From IMG/VR virus record IMGVR_UViG_3300025391_000491: a stretch of 64,000 bases of DNA; one strand, 5' to 3'. Position numbers and translations under genes: made by a program. The DNA comes from an uncultured virus (IMG/VR IMGVR_UViG_3300025391_000491). Lineage: Duplodnaviria; Heunggongvirae; Uroviricota; Caudoviricetes. The notes below the pieces were generated by a model. It did no database searches and was not told the origin of the DNA. It was given only the letters and a program-made list of their open reading frames with translations. This document shows positions 1 through 10,049 of the stretch, in pieces; within the stretch, counting starts at the first letter, position 1, and every line of letters starts with the position of its first letter.

Positions 1-22
1 CCAGAACCTTAGTTTTTCATGA
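1..22 (+). CDS. 3' end of an upstream gene (...QNLSFS*), possibly the major capsid protein
   Basis: Open frame ending TGA at 20-22, followed by a strong terminator. Identity is inferred from context only. Confidence 0.25.
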
Positions 23-60
23 GAAAAACGTTGTTCAATTTTTCTCAGGGATGGGAAGAC

Positions 61-85
61 AAAAAGCACCGCAAGGTGCTTTTTT
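61..85. terminator. Intrinsic terminator, probably bidirectional
   Basis: aaaaa-gcacc-GCAA-ggtgc-tttttt. Confidence 0.85.
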
Positions 86-140
86 GTTGACTTTTGTGCC
101 TATAAATGTTATTATGGAGCTAACAAATATAAATAAACAT

Positions 141-884
141 ATGAATAAATACAAACAATGGTACGCAAATATTACAGAACGAGCCAAAAATCGTCATCTG
201 GATTCCTATACAGAAAGTCATCATATAGTACCACGCAGTTTGGGTGGCGGTGATGAAGCAGATAATCTAGTAGATCTCACAGCCAGAGAGCACTTTGTTT
301 GTTACTGGCTATTGGTTAAGATGACTGCAGGACAAGAACACCATAAAATGCTAAATGCACTTAGAATGATGCGAGCAGAAAAGCAAGGACAACAAAGATA
401 TAACACAAAGATTACCGCACGAGTTTATGAAAACATTAAACAAGAATATGCCAAATTACAAAGCGAAAGTCTTAAAGGTAAAGGAAACGGATTTTACGGT
501 AAAACACATACGCCAGAAGCAAGAGAAAAAATTAGACAAAAGAATTTAGGTAATAAACTAACACCAGAACAACATGCAAGATTGGTAGCAAACACAACTG
601 GCAAAAAGAAACCACCTATAACAGATGAGCATAGGGCAAAATTATCAGCCGCACAATCAGGAAAAAATAACCCACGCTATGGTGTAGAAGTGTCAGAAAA
701 AACTCGTGCAAAAATATCAGAGAAAGCAAAAGGTCGTAAACAGTCAGCAGAGACGGTACAAAAGAAGGCCGATGCTATACGTGGATTAAAACGTGAGAAA
801 CTGCTGTGCCCCAACTGCAATCAACAGGTGGCAGTGAACGGATACGCCCGCTGGCACGGTGCTCGTTGCCGCCGGGTCGTATAA
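141..884 (+). CDS. HNH homing endonuclease with NUMOD3 repeats and C-terminal Zn finger
   Basis: ESHHIVPRSLGG...NLVDLTAREHF; GFYGKTHTPE; CPNC...RWHGARC. AT-rich. Start 141 chosen because it follows TATAAATA at 128-135. Confidence 0.9.
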   Translation: MNKYKQWYANITERAKNRHLDSYTESHHIVPRSLGGGDEADNLVDLTAREHFVCYWLLVKMTAGQEHHKMLNALRMMRAEKQGQQRYNTKITARVYENIKQEYAKLQSESLKGKGNGFYGKTHTPEAREKIRQKNLGNKLTPEQHARLVANTTGKKKPPITDEHRAKLSAAQSGKNNPRYGVEVSEKTRAKISEKAKGRKQSAETVQKKADAIRGLKREKLLCPNCNQQVAVNGYARWHGARCRRVV

Positions 885-887
885 ATA
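880..887 (+). promoter_or_regulatory. T4-type late promoter TATAAATA
   Basis: Exact consensus upstream of gene 913. Confidence 0.7.
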
Positions 888-912
888 CTCCAAACAATAA
901 AGGAACTCAATC

Positions 913-1356
913 ATGGTAGCACCATTACAAATAGGCGGCGGTATCACGATAGGCGGAGCAATCTCGATCGGCACTGCCGGCACACCGGGCCCAGGCGGCT
1001 CCAACGGGGTGGTCAGCTTTTCCGAAATGACAGCCACTGGAAATATTGTCCAATGGATCGAAGCCGCTGGAGCGGGCAACGCCACGATAACCACAAACGG
1101 ATTTATCCAGACTGCCAACGTGGGCACCGCTGGCATCTACAACGGTGTTGCTATCACATCATTGACGGCCAACAATCAGGCATTCTTCAGCACTTACGGC
1201 ACAGGAAATAGAACAGTGACATGGAGTGCAGGCAGCACCTACACCAGTCCAATGACTGTTAATCTTGACACAAATTCTGGTAGTGCAATAGTATTTTACA
1301 TGAACAACGTGCCTGCTTTTCCGGCCACATTCATATTCCCAGTAACATTCAGCTAA
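913..1356 (+). CDS. Putative small virion protein
   Basis: RBS aagga; Gly/Thr/Asn-rich; N-terminal IGGGITIGGAISIG motif shared with gene 1458. Confidence 0.65.
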   Translation: MVAPLQIGGGITIGGAISIGTAGTPGPGGSNGVVSFSEMTATGNIVQWIEAAGAGNATITTNGFIQTANVGTAGIYNGVAITSLTANNQAFFSTYGTGNRTVTWSAGSTYTSPMTVNLDTNSGSAIVFYMNNVPAFPATFIFPVTFS

Positions 1357-1365
1357 GGACACGTC

Positions 1366-1443
1366 ATGAATATATTCACAGCAGACCCCAAACCCGGAGA
1401 TCCAGATTTTTGGCAGTGGCGACGAAACCAACAACCTAAATAA
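1366..1443 (+). CDS. 25-aa small ORF (MNIFTADPKPGDPDFWQWRRNQQPK)
   Basis: RBS aagga at 1355-1359; fills the intergenic gap; below the ORF-track length cutoff. Confidence 0.4.
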   Translation: MNIFTADPKPGDPDFWQWRRNQQPK

Positions 1444-1457
1444 AAAGAAAATACAAA

Positions 1458-1970
1458 ATGAGCGCACCCGGAATCGAACTAGGCAGTGGCATACAAGTAG
1501 GCAGAGGTATAAGCATTGGCGCTACCCCGCCATCACTAACTATACATCCAGCAGATTTTACAACAGGTCTTTTTAATACCGGCGACGGTACTGCTTATGG
1601 AACCAATGGATATCTGGCAACATCGGCTGGAGATTTGAATTGCCCACTTTACACACTGTCCGGGCCGGTAGGATCTATTGCAACTACTATAGGAGCTTTT
1701 TTCTACAACACAGGATATGATATAACCAAATCTTATGTTTACACTGTTACTTTTGCCACAGGACCAACCGGTTTACCTTATAATGGCCTAGTAAGAATGG
1801 GGTGGACAGGAACACAAATGAAATTGACAACGATTGATCAGTCTAATCCAGGTTGGCAGGACGGGTCGCCCGGCGATGGAACTTCGTTGACCGGCGAGTT
1901 TTTGTTACCAATGACGTTGACTCCTTACAATCCTGTCACTATGCTCAACGGTGCCAACGATTGGTGTTAA
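1458..1970 (+). CDS. Putative small virion protein
   Basis: TAAATA at 1437-1442; N-terminal LGSGIQVGRGISIG motif. Confidence 0.65.
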   Translation: MSAPGIELGSGIQVGRGISIGATPPSLTIHPADFTTGLFNTGDGTAYGTNGYLATSAGDLNCPLYTLSGPVGSIATTIGAFFYNTGYDITKSYVYTVTFATGPTGLPYNGLVRMGWTGTQMKLTTIDQSNPGWQDGSPGDGTSLTGEFLLPMTLTPYNPVTMLNGANDWC

Positions 1971-1979
1971 ATTGCAAGC

Positions 1980-2651
1980 ATGATAACACTGAGGCCTGCC
2001 AACACCCGCGGTAATCCTAGAGCCAACTTTATCAACAGCTATCGCACGTTTAGCTTTCCCAGCTATTACGATGCTCGCTATATGAACTATAGCGATTTGC
2101 AAACCATCAACGATGATCGAGTTCAGTATGCTTGGCAAGTGCCCTGGCATGTGCACCGAAACATGGAAATCTTTGGCTATGTGGTTTCTGGAAGCAGTCA
2201 TCATGTGGACAGTCTTGGAAACGATGTACTAGTGCCAGCTGGTGCTGTTCAGCGTATGAGTTGTGGTCGTGGTATCGGCCACACCGAAGGCAATACAGCC
2301 AACACGCCCAATCGCTACTTGCAGTTATGGATCAGGCCCAATGAGTTTGACACCGAGCCTGCCCATGCCTGGCACGAGTTTAGCAGAGAGGACAAGTTAA
2401 ATCGTTTTTGCGACATCACAGCTCGATTGCCCATCCGTCAAGATGCCAGGTTACTGGCCGGCATTTTTACTGAGGATTTTTCTTTTGACATCAACCGGCA
2501 TAGACACTACTACCTGTACACAGTCACAGGTGTCGCAAACATAAATGGCCATGCCGTGGCCGAAGGTGACGGCATGGCCATTGAATCAGAACACCAGATC
2601 CTGATACAGGATCCTCGAGAATCTGAAATAATCTTGTTTGACCTGGTCTAG
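1980..2651 (+). CDS. Pirin family protein (YhhW-like bicupin)
   Basis: TFSF..YYD, INDDRV, HxH-xNMEI, DSLGN, VQRMS.G.GI.HTE. Confidence 0.9.
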   Translation: MITLRPANTRGNPRANFINSYRTFSFPSYYDARYMNYSDLQTINDDRVQYAWQVPWHVHRNMEIFGYVVSGSSHHVDSLGNDVLVPAGAVQRMSCGRGIGHTEGNTANTPNRYLQLWIRPNEFDTEPAHAWHEFSREDKLNRFCDITARLPIRQDARLLAGIFTEDFSFDINRHRHYYLYTVTGVANINGHAVAEGDGMAIESEHQILIQDPRESEIILFDLV

Positions 2652-3796
2652 ACCTTGAACCAACCCAGATACTGATGCACACGATCAACGACCGCAGTCC
2701 AGTTGCCCATGCTGGGTTGACGGAACAATCTGGCTGTGCTGTACCACGGACTGGAATCTCGATCCAGCAACCAGCGCCAGTCCAACGCAAACCAATTCAG
2801 CATGACCCAAACTGGTCTTCCTAGTGCACCACTCAGATGTGCAACCGCAGTGTCTACGGCCAAGACCACGTCGCAGTTCATGATCAAGGCTGCAGAATCA
2901 GCAAACGACTGTACCGATCCTGGATAGCAAGCCACACCTGATGCTGCGAGTGCATCGTTTTCTTCCTGGGTACAATCCACCTGCAGATTGATCCACTCAT
3001 AACCGGGATTGCGCTGGATCAATTGCAACATGTCACCAAACTGCATGCCCTTGTGACGATTGATCCAGGTATCTCTACGACCCGACCAACAAAATCCCAC
3101 TCGTAGACGGGTTTTTGGACCCAGGCGATCCTGCCAGGCACGCACAAGATCAGTGGGCGGAGTCAGATAATACTGTACATGTCCCAGGTTGTCCAAGGTA
3201 GTGCCCAGCACGCCCGGTATACTCATGATTGGTATCCAAAAATCAAAACCTTCGGGAGTTTCTTCGTAGGGTATAAAACGTTCCACACCCGAGATGCACC
3301 TAAACAACGGTATGAGACTGGCATTCACATGCACCCAGACTCTGGCACCTCGACTGATCAAGTCGCCCACAAAGCGTATGAACTGCAAGTTGTCGCCGTG
3401 CCCTTGCTCGCCCACTACCAACACAATTTGATCCTTGATGTCCTGCCCGGTCCATCTGGGCTGTTGGTAGTTGGGCAACAGTCCTGCCAGATGCTCGTAC
3501 TGCCATCTATTTTCGTACTGTGGCCAGCCATTGACATAATTGCCGTCCAAGAGCCAGGCCACAGCCAAGTTGAATCGAGCTGTCACATTTCCTGGATCCA
3601 GTTCGATAGCACGTTGCAGGAACGGCACAGCAGCCCGAGGCTCGCCACATTCTCGCAACACATTGCCGTAATTGTTGAATGCAGCTGCACAGTTGCGATC
3701 TAGTGCAATGGCCTGCACATAACAGGCCAGGGCCTGATCTGGATTGTTTTGCTCGCGGTGCGTGTTGCCCTGAGCGATAAGTTCGTTGATATTCAT
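2648..3796 (-). CDS. TPR-repeat glycosyltransferase (GT-B, GT9-like)
   Basis: N-terminal TPRs; EQGHGDNLQF; VDTAVAHLSGALGRPVW; DWRWL..R..SPWY..RLFRQ. Start 3796 follows minus-strand TAAATA at 3802-3807. Confidence 0.85.
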   Translation of the reverse strand: MNINELIAQGNTHREQNNPDQALACYVQAIALDRNCAAAFNNYGNVLRECGEPRAAVPFLQRAIELDPGNVTARFNLAVAWLLDGNYVNGWPQYENRWQYEHLAGLLPNYQQPRWTGQDIKDQIVLVVGEQGHGDNLQFIRFVGDLISRGARVWVHVNASLIPLFRCISGVERFIPYEETPEGFDFWIPIMSIPGVLGTTLDNLGHVQYYLTPPTDLVRAWQDRLGPKTRLRVGFCWSGRRDTWINRHKGMQFGDMLQLIQRNPGYEWINLQVDCTQEENDALAASGVACYPGSVQSFADSAALIMNCDVVLAVDTAVAHLSGALGRPVWVMLNWFALDWRWLLDRDSSPWYSTARLFRQPSMGNWTAVVDRVHQYLGWFKV

Positions 3797-3843
3797 AGCA
3801 ATATTTAATTGAGACGCACAGTCCCGTAAAAATATCAGACCCG

Positions 3844-3851
3844 TATAAATA
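3844..3851 (+). promoter_or_regulatory. Late promoter TATAAATA
   Basis: Exact consensus. Confidence 0.75.
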
Positions 3852-3923
3852 CTAGTCAGCGCAATGGTGCGCTTTATGCTGAACGGGTCTCCCAACAGCG
3901 TACGGACTAGAACTCCGATTGGA
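3852..3923 (+). ncRNA. Candidate structured 5' leader RNA (three-way junction)
   Basis: Three nested helices: 3852-57/3905-10, 3858-63/3868-73, 3875-81/3896-3902. Confidence 0.5.
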
Positions 3924-3943
3924 CTTCTTTAAGGAGAAAACAA

Positions 3944-4891
3944 ATGGGCAGACCATTAAAAATCAAAAAATCAACCACCAAAGACATTGGTTTCAACAAC
4001 TTTGGTAATGTCAAAGTACCTGTTGTGCCAACTGGCATGACCACAGCAGAATTCTTGGGTGTAGTGGGCGGAGCCAATGCCGGCATCGCTACCAGCTCGT
4101 ATCCAGTGGTGCAAATCACAGCCAACGTGAACGGTCAGCAAGGCAATGCCTATATCATTACACAAAAAGGTCAGACCAAATACCTGGTTTCGGGCGAAGA
4201 CTCGGTCACAGCCGGTTCATTTACTCCGGGTTTTTCATATCAGATCCAGAGCCTGGGCAATACCAACTGGACCACGATTGGCGCCGGAATCAATCCGCAA
4301 GTGGGTCAGGTGTTTACGGCCAACGGCGTGGGTGCTGGTACAGGCACAGCATCAGATGCTGGCCAATGTGTCTTGGTGGCCAACGCCACAATCACCAGCG
4401 GACAAATGAACATGATATTCAATGCCAACGGTGGATCGGCTTATGCCAGCCGCCTTACAAACAAATACATCTGGGATGCTTCAAACACTCGCTATGCCGT
4501 GAACTTCTTTGTGGCAGGTACCACGACTCCGCTGTCGTTGGCCAACGTCACAATCACCGGCAATGCCGGCACATTCACTTGCTCCAACACCAATATTGGT
4601 TTGGGCGAACTGATCACAGTCAGCGGCGCACTGAGCAACGTGGCCACAGGTACAATTTCTGGTTACAGCAATCCAACCATTTATTATGTGACCAACACCA
4701 ACGGCACAAACACATTCACCTTGAGCACCACAGAAGGTGGCGCTAATATTGTGACAGGTACTGGTAACACAACTGGCTTGACATTCAGCACATCAAGTTC
4801 AACCACGTTCAAATCGGGAGCAGATCCAGTGACCTGGACCAACGGCACCGGCAACTTGACTCTGGCACAGGTACAGAATTATACATCATAA
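3944..4891 (+). CDS. Putative virion structural or decoration protein
   Basis: Strong RBS aaggag; late promoter; Thr/Gly/Asn-rich beta-type composition. Confidence 0.7.
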   Translation: MGRPLKIKKSTTKDIGFNNFGNVKVPVVPTGMTTAEFLGVVGGANAGIATSSYPVVQITANVNGQQGNAYIITQKGQTKYLVSGEDSVTAGSFTPGFSYQIQSLGNTNWTTIGAGINPQVGQVFTANGVGAGTGTASDAGQCVLVANATITSGQMNMIFNANGGSAYASRLTNKYIWDASNTRYAVNFFVAGTTTPLSLANVTITGNAGTFTCSNTNIGLGELITVSGALSNVATGTISGYSNPTIYYVTNTNGTNTFTLSTTEGGANIVTGTGNTTGLTFSTSSSTTFKSGADPVTWTNGTGNLTLAQVQNYTS

Positions 4892-4925
4892 AAACCGGGC
4901 GAGAGCTTGCAAACGCAGGCTCGCC

Positions 4926-4933
4926 TATAAATA
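4926..4933 (+). promoter_or_regulatory. Late promoter TATAAATA, preceded by a GC-rich hairpin at 4898-4925
   Basis: Exact consensus; ggcgag..cttgc/gcaggctcgcc stem. Confidence 0.7.
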
Positions 4934-4955
4934 GTAATACTAACAGGAGACTACC

Positions 4956-7900
4956 GTGGCCGTCACAAGAATAAAAAACAACCAAATCACTGATGCAATA
5001 TCAGGAAATAGCATTGTTGGTATCAATGCCAACACCAAGATACAGGACCACAGTATAACGTCGATCAAATTGTCCAACAACCTAACCTATGGTAGCGATC
5101 TTACCATCACAGGTAATCTGAGCGTGACTGGTACTACTACAGCAGTCGACACTACATACACCAATATCCAAGATCCGTTGATTGTATTGGCAGACGGACA
5201 GACCACAGGAAGTCCAACTGTGGACATTGGCTATATCGGTCTACGTGGAAACCAAGCCAACATTGCTCTCATCTGGAATGAGGCCAACAGCACTTTTGCT
5301 GCTACCTATACCAACAGCGGTGTAAACGACGACACGATTGTTGCTATCAACAGCTATGCCGACTTCAAGGCCAACAATGTAAACACCGTGACTGATGTTA
5401 GTGCTGGTGGTAACGTAACAAGTGGCAATGTAAATGTGACCACTAATGTAAGTGCCGGCGGCAATGTTACAGCTGCTACCAATGTAAGTGCTGGCAGCAA
5501 CGTACTGGCCAATACCGATGTAAGTGCTGGTGGTAACGTAACAGGTGGCAATGTAAATGTGACCACTAATGTAAGTGCCGGCGGCAATATATACGGTGCA
5601 AATTTTGCAACAACAGGTTCGGGTGGCAATATCACCGGAGCCAATGTTATTTCTGCAACCACAATAACAACCACTGGCGATGTCAGTGCAGGTGGCAATA
5701 TCATTGCTGGTGTCAATGTCAGCGTAGGCGGAAACGTCTCAGTTGCTGGCAACATCACGGCCACTGGTAATGTTGGCACAAATCAGTACCTGTTTGGTGA
5801 CGGTTATTATATCAGCAACATCAATGCTGGCAACGTGTCTTCAACAAAAATATTCAATGGTGGCAGTTATGCCAACATAGCCGCCACTGACGGCAACTTG
5901 GTAGTGGCTGTTGGCAGTAGTTCAAACATAGTGGCCACATTCTACGACACTGGTATCAACACCAACGGCAATCTCAGTGCCAGTGGTAATATACTAGCCG
6001 GAACCAATGTAAGTGCTGGTGGTAACGTAACGGGTGGCAATGTAACTGCTACTACCAATGTATCAGCAGGTGGCAATGTTTTAGCCAATACAGATGTAAG
6101 TGCTGGTGGCAATGTAACAGGTGGCAATGTAACTGCTACTACTAATGTAAGTGCTGGCAGCAATGTTCTTGCTAACACTGATGTGTCAGCAGGTGGTAAC
6201 GTAACAGGTGGCAATGTAACTGCTACTACTAATGTAAGTGCTGGCAGCAATGTTTTAGCCAATACAGATGTAAGTGCTGGTGGTAACGTGTTTGGTGGCA
6301 ATGTAACTGCCACAACCAACGTTTCAGCTGGCAGCAATGTGCTTGCTAATACCGATGTGTCAGCAGGCGGAAACGTAACTGGCGGCAATGTAACTGCTAC
6401 AACCAACGTTTCAGCTGGCAGCAATGTAATTGCAGGTACAGACGTTAGTGCAGGCGGTAACGTATTGGCTTACAACAGTGTTTCTGCTAACGGAAATATA
6501 GCAGGTGATAATATAATTGCTGGCACTACCATTTCATCAGGTGGCAACATACAGGCTTATGGCACTGTAACAGCTGGTGGTAACATACAGTCCAATCAAA
6601 ATGTACAGGCTTACCAAGACGTTAGTGCTGGTGGTAATATAATTGCAAACTTCAACGTAACTGCTACAGGCAACGTAACCGGTGGTAACGTAAATGCCAC
6701 AACTGATGTGTCAGCAGGAGCCAACGTGGTTGGTGGCAACATAGTCACTCAAGGTACTATCACAGCCACAGGTACACTACAAGCCGGTAACATAATCACT
6801 GGCGGTTATGTGACTGCTACAGGTAACGTACAAGCCGGTAATATCAACACAGCAGGTGATGTAAGTGCCACAGCCAATGTAAATTCAGGCAATGTAAACA
6901 GCGTCACGATCAGTGCTAGCGGTGCAGTGTACGGAGCCAACATCAACAGCAACTATCTCTACAGTGCCAACAGCAGTTTGGTTATCAGTGCAGTGGGTAC
7001 CAATAGCGGTATCAGCATATTCACCAACGGTACAGGCAACATTGGTGTAGGTAACGCCTATATCAACAACTTGGCCAATCCGCAACAGGCACAAGATGCG
7101 GCCACCAAGTACTATGTTGACAGTGCAGTACAAGGTCTAGCAGTCAAAACTTCTGTGAGTGTGAGCGAAGTTTCTACATTGGCCAATGTGGCCAATGTGA
7201 CCAATGTGGCATACTTTAATGGAACAGCCGGAGTTGGTGCCACATTGACTGTGACCAGTACAGCTCAAATCAGCCTGGACGGTGTTGATCTCAGCACATT
7301 GCCGGCCAATGCCAGAGTATTGATCCAGAATGAAACTGGATCTGGTGCCAACGATACCAATGCTGCCTGGAACGGTATCTATTACATATCAACCAACAGT
7401 CCAACCAGCACTGTGTTTACACGCAGTTTGGACATGGACACACCAAGCCAATTCTACGGTGCATTTACCTTTGTTGAAGATGGTACTGTGTATAAAGCAT
7501 CAGGTTGGGTATGTACCAACACTGCTGATGCCACTCCGATCACGATTGGTACTACCGCCGTTACCTGGAGTCAGTTCTCAGGTGCGGGTTCTTACACACA
7601 AGGCAACGGTATCGCAATCACAGGTACAGTAATCAGTACTAGAATCAACACTGGCAATTTGCAATATGATGGTAGCGGAAACCTACAGGTATCCAGCTAT
7701 GCCAATTTGACTTATCCAAATATTGGGTCAGCAACTGGTACCACATTGAGCTTGACCGGTAATTTAGTTGCCAGCGCAATTGGTTCAACCGACAGCATGA
7801 GTGCTGCTGGTAACGTTTATGCAGCCAATATCAGCACCAGCGGCAACGTGTTTGCTGTGGCCAACATAACTGGTGGCAACTTGTTGACTGGCAACATTGT

Positions 7901-9968
7901 GAGTGCTGGTGGTAATGTTATTGGTAGCAACTTGTTGACCACTGGATATGTCAGCGCAACTGGCAACCTGTACAGTGGTAATCTCAGCTTGTCGGGCAAT
8001 GTGTCCAGCGACATAAAAATGTTGGGCAACATTACCGCAGGTGGTTACATAACTGCGGTTGGTAACATCAGCGGCGGCAACGTAAACACTGGCATTGTTT
8101 CAGCCAGCGGTAACGTGTACTCGGCCAATGTATTGGCCACAGGCGATATTATTCCTACCGCGGCCAACACATACAATTTGGGTAACGCAACCAATAACTG
8201 GCAGAGTTTGTATCTAAGCGGAAGTACCATTTACTTGGGCAACATCCAGCTCAAGCAAACCACAACAAATACTTTCAGCGTAACAACCAGCGATGGTACT
8301 ACACCAGCTAATTTTGCTACCAACAACATCAGTGCTGCAGGAAATGTCAGTGCTGGTGGCAATGTATTGGCCAATGTCAATGTAAGTGCTGCTGCCAATG
8401 TGTATGGTAACAACATTTCAGCCACAACCAACGTGTTGGGCGGCAATGTTTATGCGACCAACAACATCACAGCTGGTGGTAATGTTCTTGCTACCACAGA
8501 CATAAGTGCCGGTGGTAATGTTCTTGCTACCACAGACATAAGTGCCGGTGGCAATCTAATTGGTGCAAATGTCAATGTCAACTATGTCAATGCCAACAAC
8601 AATATCAGCGCAGGTGGCAACATTACAGGTGCCAATTTTACAACAACTGGTTCACAAGGCAACATCACAGGTGCCAATGTAATCAGCGGTGTAACTTTGA
8701 CAGCCAGTGGCAATATCTACGCAAACGGCAGTATCACTGCTGTTGGTAACATTGGATCTGGTCAATACTTGTTTGGTGACGGTTATTATATCAGCAATAT
8801 CAATGCTGGCAACGTGGCCACAACCAAGATCTTTAATGGCAACAGCTACGCTAACGTGGCTGCAACCAACGGTAATGTCACAATTGGTGTAAACAGTAAT
8901 TTGGTTGCTACATTTTACAATACCGGAGTCAGTGTAGCTGGTAACATACAAACCAATGCGTTTGTGCTTGGTGCCAACTTGAGTCTGAGTGGTAATGTTG
9001 ACGGTGCACTCAATGTGGGTGGCAATGTGACTGGTGTTAACTTGATAGCAGTTACTGATGTCACAGCAGGTGGTAATGTAAATGCCAGTGCAGTTGGTGT
9101 ACAAACCACTGTCAGTGCAGGTGGCAACATTTATGGTGCCAATCTAGCAATTACTGGATATGGAACAGTGTCAACGGGTGGTAATATAATCGCTGATATC
9201 AACATCAGTGCTGGCGCCAATGTTATCGCAGGCAATGTGCGCACAGGTGGATTGATTAGTTCGGTTGGTAATATCACAGCTGGCACTTTGCTTTATGTAG
9301 ATACCACAGACGGCACAGTGTTGATTGGTAACAACACACCAGTATCCAGTTCGATCTTGACCTTGAACAGCACTACCAGCTTTGTGGTACCAACTGGTAA
9401 CACTGTACAACGTCCAGCAACAGGTTATACAGGTATGGTGCGTTTCAATACCAGCCAGAACAATCTGGAAGTGTACGACAATGCACAATGGAGTCCGGTG
9501 GGTTCAACCACGTTTACTGTAATCTCAGATCAACAGTTTGCTGGTGATGGCGCAACAGTGAACTTTACACTGGGCAGCACACAAACTACCAACAGTTGCT
9601 TGGTCAGTATCAACGGTGTGGTACAAATTCCAACCCTGGCTTATGCTGTGTCTGGAACCTACCCAACCTGTGTGCTCACATTCACAGAAGCTCCAGAAAG
9701 CGGTGACGTGATTGACGTAAGAGAAATCACAACCACGGTGACCTTGTATGAATTGGCCAGTACCAGTGGCAATGCCAGTGTAAGCGTAAGCAACACCAGC
9801 GCCGAAGTGGACATCAAGGGTAATTTGGTAACTACTCTGAGTGCAAGTGCTCCGGCTCTGACTACCAACGCAACCATGAGCTTCCAGTTGGTCAACAACA
9901 CCACTCTAGCATTTGTGGTGCGTGGCACAGACGGCGTGACAAGAACTGCTACTGTGACGCTGGCTTAA
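4956..9968 (+). CDS. Long fibre/tail protein, 1670 aa
   Basis: GTG start with aggag RBS; (T/D)NVSAGGNV repeats; QDAATKYYVD fibre motif; GMVRFNT...LEVYD. Confidence 0.85.
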   Translation: MAVTRIKNNQITDAISGNSIVGINANTKIQDHSITSIKLSNNLTYGSDLTITGNLSVTGTTTAVDTTYTNIQDPLIVLADGQTTGSPTVDIGYIGLRGNQANIALIWNEANSTFAATYTNSGVNDDTIVAINSYADFKANNVNTVTDVSAGGNVTSGNVNVTTNVSAGGNVTAATNVSAGSNVLANTDVSAGGNVTGGNVNVTTNVSAGGNIYGANFATTGSGGNITGANVISATTITTTGDVSAGGNIIAGVNVSVGGNVSVAGNITATGNVGTNQYLFGDGYYISNINAGNVSSTKIFNGGSYANIAATDGNLVVAVGSSSNIVATFYDTGINTNGNLSASGNILAGTNVSAGGNVTGGNVTATTNVSAGGNVLANTDVSAGGNVTGGNVTATTNVSAGSNVLANTDVSAGGNVTGGNVTATTNVSAGSNVLANTDVSAGGNVFGGNVTATTNVSAGSNVLANTDVSAGGNVTGGNVTATTNVSAGSNVIAGTDVSAGGNVLAYNSVSANGNIAGDNIIAGTTISSGGNIQAYGTVTAGGNIQSNQNVQAYQDVSAGGNIIANFNVTATGNVTGGNVNATTDVSAGANVVGGNIVTQGTITATGTLQAGNIITGGYVTATGNVQAGNINTAGDVSATANVNSGNVNSVTISASGAVYGANINSNYLYSANSSLVISAVGTNSGISIFTNGTGNIGVGNAYINNLANPQQAQDAATKYYVDSAVQGLAVKTSVSVSEVSTLANVANVTNVAYFNGTAGVGATLTVTSTAQISLDGVDLSTLPANARVLIQNETGSGANDTNAAWNGIYYISTNSPTSTVFTRSLDMDTPSQFYGAFTFVEDGTVYKASGWVCTNTADATPITIGTTAVTWSQFSGAGSYTQGNGIAITGTVISTRINTGNLQYDGSGNLQVSSYANLTYPNIGSATGTTLSLTGNLVASAIGSTDSMSAAGNVYAANISTSGNVFAVANITGGNLLTGNIVSAGGNVIGSNLLTTGYVSATGNLYSGNLSLSGNVSSDIKMLGNITAGGYITAVGNISGGNVNTGIVSASGNVYSANVLATGDIIPTAANTYNLGNATNNWQSLYLSGSTIYLGNIQLKQTTTNTFSVTTSDGTTPANFATNNISAAGNVSAGGNVLANVNVSAAANVYGNNISATTNVLGGNVYATNNITAGGNVLATTDISAGGNVLATTDISAGGNLIGANVNVNYVNANNNISAGGNITGANFTTTGSQGNITGANVISGVTLTASGNIYANGSITAVGNIGSGQYLFGDGYYISNINAGNVATTKIFNGNSYANVAATNGNVTIGVNSNLVATFYNTGVSVAGNIQTNAFVLGANLSLSGNVDGALNVGGNVTGVNLIAVTDVTAGGNVNASAVGVQTTVSAGGNIYGANLAITGYGTVSTGGNIIADINISAGANVIAGNVRTGGLISSVGNITAGTLLYVDTTDGTVLIGNNTPVSSSILTLNSTTSFVVPTGNTVQRPATGYTGMVRFNTSQNNLEVYDNAQWSPVGSTTFTVISDQQFAGDGATVNFTLGSTQTTNSCLVSINGVVQIPTLAYAVSGTYPTCVLTFTEAPESGDVIDVREITTTVTLYELASTSGNASVSVSNTSAEVDIKGNLVTTLSASAPALTTNATMSFQLVNNTTLAFVVRGTDGVTRTATVTLA
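5390..6480 (+). repeat. Degenerate tandem coding repeats (NVSAGGNV/DVSAGGNV)
   Basis: Recurrent aatgtaagtgctgg(t/c) units. Confidence 0.85.
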
Positions 9969-9985
9969 TAGCTGCAACGCTCTAG

Positions 9986-10017
9986 AAAAAATAGGACTCC
10001 TGGAGTTCTATTTTTTT
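9986..10017. terminator. Intrinsic terminator
   Basis: aaaaaataggactcc/ggagttctattttttt inverted repeat with T-run. Confidence 0.75.
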
Positions 10018-10049
10018 GACTAAATACTGTCAATAAAAGGTAAAACAAT

